From: an uncultured Verrucomicrobiae bacterium
Lineage (GTDB): Bacteria; Verrucomicrobiota; Verrucomicrobiia; Limisphaerales; JAFGQR01
Length of the DNA: 38,618 nt
Assembly (NCBI GenBank): GCA_963788655.1
Contig: CAWBHS010000036.1
Coordinates: forward strand, 1-38,618
Reading direction: 5' to 3'
The position numbers and the translations under genes are program-made. Below the pieces are notes generated by a model that saw only the letters and a program-made list of their open reading frames with translations, made no database searches and was not told the DNA's origin. Of this stretch, positions 31,614 through 38,618 are shown piece by piece. Numbering within the stretch: position 1 is the stretch's first letter; every line of letters begins with the position of its first letter.

Positions 31614-32573
31614 TCATTGCAGGAAAATCTCCTTCATTATCGCGGTGGCAGCCGGCAGTTCACGCAGCAGCGCCTCCCAATCCGGTTTGAGCGTCGGCGT
31701 TTTCACGTCGCTGATCGCCACGCCTTCCAGCGCCTGCATGGTCACAAGTTGCTGCGCCACTTCAGGCGCACGCAGGTATTCGAACAGACGCTGGGCCGCT
31801 TGCGGATGAGGCGCCCCGCGAACGACAGCGACCGTGTTCGGAATAAGCAGGGTTTCCCGGTTCATCGGCAGCGCGGCGACCGGCAGCCCTTCGCGTTGGC
31901 CGGCGACGATGTCATCGGAATCCGTGAGCCCAATCCACGCCTCGCCCCGGCCTACCATTCGGACTACGACTGAATTGCCGTCCACCACCAGGGCCTGGTT
32001 GGCCGTCAGTCCGCGGCACCAATTCTGCCACTTCGCGTCGCCCCACAATTGGCGCAAGGCTAAAAAATGGGTCGCGGTGGTGCCGAACAACGGATAGGCC
32101 AGCGCCACTTTGCCGCGCCACTCTGAGTTGGTCAGTTCCAGGAGATTGGACGGTGCCTTTGCCGGCGCCAGTTCGTTCGTATTGATGACAATCCGTCGGC
32201 TGCGATAGCCAAACGCGGCCCAGCCGTTGGTTTCGCGAAAGACGTTCTCGGCCGCGAGTTGGCGGGTGCGCAGTTCTTCATTGCCCCAAAAGACATCGCA
32301 CTGTGGGTTGCCGCGTTCTGCCAACAACCGGTTCGCCAGGCCAACGGTTTTGACCGCTTCACTGTCATAAACCGCACGGACCTTGATGCCGGTGCGCCGG
32401 GTGAATTCGGCCAGGAGCGGCTCGGCATAGACCTGGTCCTGGGCAGCATAAACGATGACCGTAGAAGATGCGTTCGGGCCGGGCTGGCACGAGCTGACAA
32501 TAATCCCAAGGCCAGCGATAAACGTGAGAAGCAACCAACGAATCAGATAACGCGAAGCGACGTTTTGTACCAT
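31614..32573 (-). CDS. ABC solute-binding lipoprotein, FbpA/iron(III)-type
   Basis: Lipobox VSSC; VIVY..QD, F...TGIKV, RLLAE..NPQCDVFW, W.GKVALA.PLFGTT.TH, IPNTVAVV.GAPHP. Confidence 0.88.
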   Translation of the reverse strand: MVQNVASRYLIRWLLLTFIAGLGIIVSSCQPGPNASSTVIVYAAQDQVYAEPLLAEFTRRTGIKVRAVYDSEAVKTVGLANRLLAERGNPQCDVFWGNEELRTRQLAAENVFRETNGWAAFGYRSRRIVINTNELAPAKAPSNLLELTNSEWRGKVALAYPLFGTTATHFLALRQLWGDAKWQNWCRGLTANQALVVDGNSVVVRMVGRGEAWIGLTDSDDIVAGQREGLPVAALPMNRETLLIPNTVAVVRGAPHPQAAQRLFEYLRAPEVAQQLVTMQALEGVAISDVKTPTLKPDWEALLRELPAATAIMKEIFLQ

Positions 32574-32576
32574 GGC

Positions 32577-34430
32577 TCAGGCTGTTCGCTTGTGATAAAA
32601 CCACCATTCGAACGACAGGACCAGCAAGCCAATGGCGGCCAGCCAGCGCCACAGCTCGAGGTTGGCGGCTTTTAGTTTTGTAGCCTGCACCCGCTCGTAT
32701 TCACCCATGGCCAACTCGTCGCGTGGCATAATGTTGCTCTCAAACGAATCGACGAGGTTGACGCAGAAGGTGACTTCGTTCGTGCCCGCCAGGACGTGAT
32801 ACGTGCCTTGCTTCACGGTATCGCCCACAATGACTTCGCGAGCACCCGGCTCCACGGCCTGCGTTTTCTTTTTGCCGTCCGGTAATCTGATTTCAACCTC
32901 CGAAACGGGTTGCTTCAAACCGAGACGGAACGGTTGCCCGGCTCGGGCCATGTATTCTTCGGACGTGGCGCCGAAGGGATTCAGCCAGTCCAGCGCGTTG
33001 GCGATGAAGATCGGGAAGGATACCCGCAACGGCCACGTGCTTTGCAGAGTATCGAACGCAATCCAGACGACTTTGCGTTGGTCGATCTCGCCCACCAGGA
33101 TGAGCGGTGTTTGCGCAGCGTCTGCGACCGACACGCCCCATGCCGGCAGGTTCACGGCCATGGACTCGGCGATTTGCACGTTGCCGAAATTCACAAACCG
33201 CAGCAGCGGATGCGTGTTCTTCCAATCCACAAACGAAGGATTCTGGACCGTGGTCAACTGCGTGAACCAATTAGTTTGGGCGGTGTGAATCGCCAGCGTG
33301 TTGACCTTGGGCCAGACGGCCGGCATTACGTCGTCCAACACCACGATGTCGTAAGTTTCAGCGGTATCCGCCAACACGGCGGTTACGGTCAGGTTCACAT
33401 TGGGCGGACCGCGAAGCGCTTTTTCGAGAAAACGATTGCCTTTGGTGACCAGCAGGACTTTGAGCGGTTGCGGCAGCAGGCTGACGGCGGAGGCCTGGTT
33501 GTCCAGGGCCAGATCGTCCTTGGCTTTCAGGCGCACCGTGAACACGCCGTTCTTGGTTTGCGGCACTAGAAAAACCAGCGGCACGGTGTTGGTCGGCGGG
33601 AAATCAAGCGGGCGCGTCTCGATCAATTGACCGTCGAAGAGCAACTCGAGGTCGGTTTGGATGGTGTTGGTCGCGAAGTTGCCCACTTTGACAAACACGG
33701 CGCGTTGCGACGGATCTTCCGGATTGGCGCGCACGTCCAGCGACACGATGCCGGCGTTGTTGCCGTCCTGGCCGATGCGATGATAGACCAGCGGAAGGTT
33801 CTTGTTGGCCAATTCATCGAGATCGGGCGCCTTGCCGTCGCTGAATAAATGGATTTCGCCGAAGGACACTTGTTCCTCGCCGCGCTTTTCAAAGGTGAAG
33901 GCGGCGGACGTCTTGAGGGCTTCGGCCAGGCGGGTGGGCGCGTCGGAAGCTTGGCACGCATTGAGCGCACGCCGCAGGGCGGTTTTGTCCGACGTGAGGG
34001 ATTGTTTGACTTCGGTCTGCGCGCCAGCCAGAAGGATCATCATTTGCTCGTCGTCGCGCAAGCTGTCCACCCATTTGAGCGCTTCGCTGCGGGCCTTCTC
34101 AAACCGGCTCGGCGATTCGTCCGTGGCCTGCATGGACGCGGATGCATCGAGAATGGCAATGCGCCGGCTGGTGGTTTTGTTCTTGCCGGCAAAGAACGGT
34201 CGCGTCAGCGCGAACACGACCAGGATGAGCAGCAGCAATTGGAGGAAGAGCAGCCAGTTCTTGCGCAGCCGCTGAAAGGGAGCGTTGGCCTGTGTCTCGG
34301 CCAGAAACCGCTGCCACAGCAACGTGCTCGACACCAGGCGCACCACCCGCTTGCGTTTGAGCAAATAAAAGACGATCACCACCGGGATGGCGGCAGCGAA
34401 CGCAAAGGCGGCCGGGGCGAGGAAACTCAT
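32577..34430 (-). CDS. BatA N-terminal double-TM plus vWA domain protein
   Basis: MSFL.P....IP...YLLK, VSSTLLW, ILDASASM (MIDAS), FSDG, C-terminal LWRWL..EWW. Confidence 0.9.
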   Translation of the reverse strand: MSFLAPAAFAFAAAIPVVIVFYLLKRKRVVRLVSSTLLWQRFLAETQANAPFQRLRKNWLLFLQLLLLILVVFALTRPFFAGKNKTTSRRIAILDASASMQATDESPSRFEKARSEALKWVDSLRDDEQMMILLAGAQTEVKQSLTSDKTALRRALNACQASDAPTRLAEALKTSAAFTFEKRGEEQVSFGEIHLFSDGKAPDLDELANKNLPLVYHRIGQDGNNAGIVSLDVRANPEDPSQRAVFVKVGNFATNTIQTDLELLFDGQLIETRPLDFPPTNTVPLVFLVPQTKNGVFTVRLKAKDDLALDNQASAVSLLPQPLKVLLVTKGNRFLEKALRGPPNVNLTVTAVLADTAETYDIVVLDDVMPAVWPKVNTLAIHTAQTNWFTQLTTVQNPSFVDWKNTHPLLRFVNFGNVQIAESMAVNLPAWGVSVADAAQTPLILVGEIDQRKVVWIAFDTLQSTWPLRVSFPIFIANALDWLNPFGATSEEYMARAGQPFRLGLKQPVSEVEIRLPDGKKKTQAVEPGAREVIVGDTVKQGTYHVLAGTNEVTFCVNLVDSFESNIMPRDELAMGEYERVQATKLKAANLELWRWLAAIGLLVLSFEWWFYHKRTA

Positions 34431-34545
34431 GATGTTGTTACACTTATAATGCCAGGCTAACCGACCCGTTGACTTAGACAAGAACTTAGACAGGCCAGCA
34501 GACGGCGGCTCATGGATACAATGCCGCTCACCGCCATCCCTTCTC

Positions 34546-34717
34546 GGCAGGGCGAGACTCCGTCGAGCCCTGACTTTACCAAAGGGCTTCCTAAAACTAG
34601 AAGCCGACCAATGGGACATGTTTGGCGGTCGCAACGCCAAAGACTTTCCGCGATGACGTAACCGGGTGTTTGAAAACGATGCGGAGAAATCAGGGCTCGA
34701 CGGAGTCTCGCCCTACC
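34546..34717. repeat. REP doublet family A, copy 2
   Basis: Arms 34546-34573 and 34690-34717 (27/28 complementary), same sequence as 2207-2379. Confidence 0.9.
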
Positions 34718-34748
34718 TTGATTGGGGAGTGGTTTCAGCCGCCCTACA

Positions 34749-35663
34749 TTATTTCCAAATTTCGGCTTCACGGAGTTGTTTCAAGAGCAATTGTTCCAGC
34801 GCGGCGTCGGAGGTGGCAGTGAAAAAGCTGATCCCGCGCGCCGTACAGAATTCGCGCAATCGCTGGCAGAAATTGTTCACCGTCTGCTGGTAGGCTTTTA
34901 ATCGGAACTTGCCAAACGTGACTTCCTGCATGCCGCCGGTTTCCGAATCGACCATCCGCAAATCGCCGTAGGTTGCTGGAGTGAGTTCGTCGGGCGCCAG
35001 AATTTGCACCGCGTTCACTTGAAAGCCGCGCCCCACCAATGCCGTGAGGCCGGCTTCGTACCCCGCGGGATCCAGAAAATCACTCAGCACCACCGCCAGG
35101 CCGGTCTGGCGGGCCGCAATGGCGCCACGCCGCAGCGACTCGTTTAAATCCGCCGCGCCGCTTGCCGTCAGCACTGCCAGATTTTGCAAAAACTGGAGGG
35201 ACGATTTCTTGCCGCGCACAGAACGTAGTGCCCCGCGGGCCGCCTGCTCCGCGCTGTCACCGGGAGTGGTGCCATACTCGGGAAATATATTCACGCTCAC
35301 ACGGTCAAACCCGCACAGCGCCACGTAGCCAATGGCGGCGGCGACCTGGCGGGCGAAGTCGAACTTGCGCGGCTCTCCGAACGTCATGGACTCACTCGCA
35401 TCGAGAAAAATCCGCACCGGCAGTTCGCGTTCCTCCTCGTAAAGCTTCACGAACAGCCGGTCGAGCCGGCCATACAAGTTCCAGTCGAGATAACGGAAGT
35501 CATCGCCGTGCGTGTAATTCCGATGGTCCGCAAACTCCACCGACTGGCCGCGCGCCCGGCTGCGGCGCTCGCCCTTGGCGGAGCTTTTGGATTTGCGCGC
35601 CGCCAACAATTGGAATTGCTCGAGGCGGCGAAGGAGTTCAGGAGTGAGCAGCGCGTTGGACAT
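34749..35663 (-). CDS. DUF58 domain protein
   Basis: GQSVEFADHRNY..GDD.R.LDWN.Y.R, FLDASESM, VVLSDF; follows moxR. Confidence 0.93.
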   Translation of the reverse strand: MSNALLTPELLRRLEQFQLLAARKSKSSAKGERRSRARGQSVEFADHRNYTHGDDFRYLDWNLYGRLDRLFVKLYEEERELPVRIFLDASESMTFGEPRKFDFARQVAAAIGYVALCGFDRVSVNIFPEYGTTPGDSAEQAARGALRSVRGKKSSLQFLQNLAVLTASGAADLNESLRRGAIAARQTGLAVVLSDFLDPAGYEAGLTALVGRGFQVNAVQILAPDELTPATYGDLRMVDSETGGMQEVTFGKFRLKAYQQTVNNFCQRLREFCTARGISFFTATSDAALEQLLLKQLREAEIWK

Positions 35664-35761
35664 GAGCGACCTTGGGAACAGTTAGCCAGGGATTAGCGGT
35701 GGGTAAGCGTTGTGTTCCGGAGTTGAACGATTCGGGTGGAATGCGGTTTGGCCGCATCCGC

Positions 35762-36766
35762 TTACACCGCCACGCCCGCGTCCACGTTTTTGGGCACTTC
35801 CTGGAGCACTTGCTGGATGATGTGGTCGGTGGTGATGCCTTCGGCTTCGGCTTCGAAGTTCAAGATCAGCCGGTGGCGCAGTGCGGGCAGGGCAACGTCC
35901 TGGATGTCGTCGAAGCTCACGTTGAACCGACCGTATGCCAGCGCGCGGACTTTGCCGGCGAGCATCAACGTTTGCGCGCCACGTGGACTGCTGCCAAAGC
36001 GGAGGTATTGATTGGCAACGGGAATAGCGGTGTCGGTTTTGGGATGCGTGGCCAGCACCAGACGCACCGCGTAATCCTTGACGTGCGAAGCCACCGGCAC
36101 TTGGCGCACCAAAGTCATCAATTCCAACAGCGTCTCGCGCGGCATCACCTTTTGTACTTCGGCCTTGAGAGTTTCGGTGGTGCGGTTGAGCACTTCGGTC
36201 AGTTCACTGGCGGTTGGGTAACCGACCAGCAGCTTGAAAAAGAAGCGGTCCAGTTGCGCCTCGGGCAATGGATACGTGCCTTCCTGGTCAATCGGGTTCT
36301 GCGTGGCCATCACGAAGAACGGTTCGCCCAGGCGCCGCATTTCGCCGCCGGCGGTGACCTGTTTTTCCTGCATGGCTTCGAGCAACGCCGACTGGGTCTT
36401 GGGCGTGGCGCGATTGATTTCGTCGGCCAAAATCAGATGGGCGAAAATGGGTCCTTTCTGGAATTGAAATTCGCGCCGGCCCGTCGGCGTTTCCATGACC
36501 ATGTTCGTGCCGAGAATGTCGGCCGGCATCAGGTCAGGGGTGAACTGGATGCGGTTAAAGGGCAGAGCCAACGCCTCGCCCAGCGTGCGTACCAACAGGG
36601 TCTTGCCCAGACCGGGCACACCTTCAAGCAACAGGTTACCGCCGGCGAACAGGCAGATCAGCGTGCCTTCCACGATGGCTTCGTGGCCGACAATGACTTT
36701 GCCGATCTCATCACGCAAGCGGGTGTAGGATTCGCGAAAGACGCCAATTTCTTCTTCGATGTTCAT
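35762..36766 (-). CDS. moxR: MoxR-family AAA+ ATPase
   Basis: LLEGVPGLGKT (Walker A), RIQFTPDLMPADI, LADEINRA (Walker B), ATQNP..EGTYPLPEAQLDRF. Confidence 0.95.
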   Translation of the reverse strand: MNIEEEIGVFRESYTRLRDEIGKVIVGHEAIVEGTLICLFAGGNLLLEGVPGLGKTLLVRTLGEALALPFNRIQFTPDLMPADILGTNMVMETPTGRREFQFQKGPIFAHLILADEINRATPKTQSALLEAMQEKQVTAGGEMRRLGEPFFVMATQNPIDQEGTYPLPEAQLDRFFFKLLVGYPTASELTEVLNRTTETLKAEVQKVMPRETLLELMTLVRQVPVASHVKDYAVRLVLATHPKTDTAIPVANQYLRFGSSPRGAQTLMLAGKVRALAYGRFNVSFDDIQDVALPALRHRLILNFEAEAEGITTDHIIQQVLQEVPKNVDAGVAV

Positions 36767-36909
36767 GGGAGCATTGTTTAACCGTCAACCGAACGAAATA
36801 CACGAAAAATTGCCAGCGCCGGTGACGTGCAATAGGGCTCGCTGGTAACGTCGGTCAGGACTGGTGGCAACAAGTTTGAGGTGCTTTGGTGCAAGGCGAA
36901 GACGCGGGA

Positions 36910-38618
36910 CTATTTCTTCAAGTCGTCAAAGTAATCGCGCACGGTCTGCTGGTAGGGACGCGGCACTTTGTCCTGTTCGAGTGCGTTCTCGGCTTCGCTT
37001 TGCGCGGCGGACGCGGCTTGCTCATACTCGACGGTGCTGGCGCCTTTGATGCTCAGCCCTTTGAGCGTGATGCTGGGCATGGAACCGCCCGGCTGGAATT
37101 GGCCACGGACTTTCGTGGGAGCCAGGTTGGGATTGAGCAGGTCGGGGCGGTCACTCTGTCCGCGCGGATCAAAGTCCGGCCGTTGTACGCCCGAGGGATC
37201 GAACGGTTGCCCCATTTGAGACGGATCGAAATAATTCCACCCGGATTGATCTGCCCAAGTGCCCACGCCCATGCCCGGCTTGCCGCCCTGACCCCAGCCC
37301 AATTTCCGACCGGTGCCGCGGCAATGTGAACAACCGGCGCCGTTGCAGTATTGGCACGTGCCGGAGAGTTCCTCCCAGCTCTTGCCCATGGCGATGGCGG
37401 ATTGCGCCCGCTGCATTGCTTCGAGCGCATCGCGGAGGGCTTGGGAATCAGCCATCTGTTGCTGGAGTTTTTGAAGTTCCTTGGCGGCGTCGGCAAGGTT
37501 TTGGGCGGCATTTTGATTCTCTCCTTGTTGCATGTTCTTCACCGCGTTCTTTAGATGCTCGCCCACTTGGCCGTATTGGCTGCCGGGTTTCACGGCCTGG
37601 GAAACTTCGCTCATCAGCTTCTGGAGCTGCTCGCCCGACGCCTGGCCCGACTTGAGTTGGTTGATCATTTTCTGGAGGGTGTTTTCGGCAGCCTGGGCCT
37701 GGCCCTTGTCCAGTTGCTCGCCCAAATCCTTGCCCAGCTTCTCGGCCTGCTGCTGGCACTGCTGCATGGCTTTGGCGGTTTGTTTCATTTTCTCCAAATC
37801 GTTTAGGGCGGTTTCGAGATCCTTCAAGAACAGATCCGTCTTGCCGGCTTTCAACGCCTCGATGGCGGACTCGAGCCCCGGCAGAGCCGCGCCCATTGAT
37901 TGCGCGCTTTGCGCCATTTCACCGAGAGCGCCCGCGAGTTGGGAGCGGTCTCCCTGCCCCAGGGAACCGTCCTTGCCCGCCATGCTGGCAGCCTTTTGTT
38001 TGAGCGCCTCCATGCGTTTCTTCAGTTCGTCGAGTTTTTCGGGATCACCGGTTCCTTTGCCCAAGGCCTGCTTGAGCTCGGCCATTTTCTTTTGGAGGTC
38101 AGCGGCGGAGGGGCCGTCCGAGCCGCCGGGAGTGCGCGCGGCGCGTTCGAGCCGTTGGATGCCAGGATTTTGTCCCAACTCCTTGTTTTGCTCGGCGAGC
38201 TTTTCGGTAACGCTGGCCAAATCCCGCAAGGCTTCACTGCGAGTCAGCGGGGCTTTGGTCAATTGGTCGGCGGCTTCAATCGCGGTCTCCATGGACTTGC
38301 GAACCGGTTGGAGCGCTGGAGGCTTTTCGACCAGGGTGTGTCGCATCATCTCGGCCAGCTCTTTTCCAACCTGGCGAATGTTCTCCGCGTCCTGTTGCCG
38401 CTTGATGTAGGCCTGGGTACGATATTCGGGAACAAAACCAAGTCCAACGGCCAAGGCCAGCACAAGGATGGTCCAGCGGGTCACGCCGGGTACGCGCAAG
38501 GGCAGCATCTGACGCGGTTGCAGTCCTTCCACGTGCTGGATTGCGTCGTGGGCCAACAGCCTTCGCCATTCTTCCGGGCCGCCCGTCGGCGCCAGTTCCA
38601 AAGCGGTGCTGACGCGTT
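36910..38618 (-). CDS. Membrane-anchored Q/E/K-rich coiled-coil protein with Gly-rich tail; 5'-truncated
   Basis: At least 563 aa open to the window edge; one TM, long helical region, CQYCNGAGCSHCRGTG, C-terminal VP.PY...VRDYF motif common in MoxR-cluster proteins. Confidence 0.8.
   Translation of the reverse strand, partial: RVSTALELAPTGGPEEWRRLLAHDAIQHVEGLQPRQMLPLRVPGVTRWTILVLALAVGLGFVPEYRTQAYIKRQQDAENIRQVGKELAEMMRHTLVEKPPALQPVRKSMETAIEAADQLTKAPLTRSEALRDLASVTEKLAEQNKELGQNPGIQRLERAARTPGGSDGPSAADLQKKMAELKQALGKGTGDPEKLDELKKRMEALKQKAASMAGKDGSLGQGDRSQLAGALGEMAQSAQSMGAALPGLESAIEALKAGKTDLFLKDLETALNDLEKMKQTAKAMQQCQQQAEKLGKDLGEQLDKGQAQAAENTLQKMINQLKSGQASGEQLQKLMSEVSQAVKPGSQYGQVGEHLKNAVKNMQQGENQNAAQNLADAAKELQKLQQQMADSQALRDALEAMQRAQSAIAMGKSWEELSGTCQYCNGAGCSHCRGTGRKLGWGQGGKPGMGVGTWADQSGWNYFDPSQMGQPFDPSGVQRPDFDPRGQSDRPDLLNPNLAPTKVRGQFQPGGSMPSITLKGLSIKGASTVEYEQAASAAQSEAENALEQDKVPRPYQQTVRDYFDDLKK

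Noticed and set aside
34447..34465. AGGCTAACC resembles half of a DtxR/IdeR box upstream of iron-type ABC genes
   Set aside because: Only about 13/19 matches and not palindromic; too weak to call.
34431..34640. 70-aa N-terminal extension of the BatA-vWA ORF, and similar extensions on ORFs 4342-5862 and 7647-8906
   Set aside because: Read-through of repeats or frameshift tails; family-typical starts and stops lie inside them.
1074..38410. Long antisense or alternate-frame ORFs (e.g. 1074-2186, 3411-4577, 18748-19581, 20200-21021, 35672-36781, 37532-38410)
   Set aside because: Shadow ORFs of real genes in GC-rich DNA with no recognisable motifs.

Overview
GC-rich bacterial chromosomal segment. 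Gene content and repeat style suggest Verrucomicrobiota, probably subdivision 3 (inference). Left third (1-14.4 kb): a GH127-like hydrolase with a LamG domain, two GH2 hydrolases, a YidE-type transporter, galE and a Tat-signal L-fucose/L-arabinose-isomerase-like protein. Middle: a DUF2249 gene with a perfect FNR box, then trpB, yicC-gmk-coaC, manA, accA, rpsA with a long structured leader, an LpcC-like GT4, a metallophosphoesterase and acyP. Right third (26-38.6 kb, minus strand): a MoxR/DUF58/vWA cluster that carries an iron-type ABC binding protein and permease with no ATPase, an NHL lipoprotein, and a coiled-coil protein with a paired CXXCXGXG motif. Many intergenic gaps hold inverted-doublet (REP/REPIN-like) or heptamer-array elements from at least seven families; some supply gene stop codons and one possibly a start codon. 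Many genes, including essential rpsA, are split by frameshifts that are most likely assembly errors, so their internal boundaries are approximate. No rRNA, tRNA, CRISPR array or transposase was found. All family calls are by-eye motif recognition, not database results.
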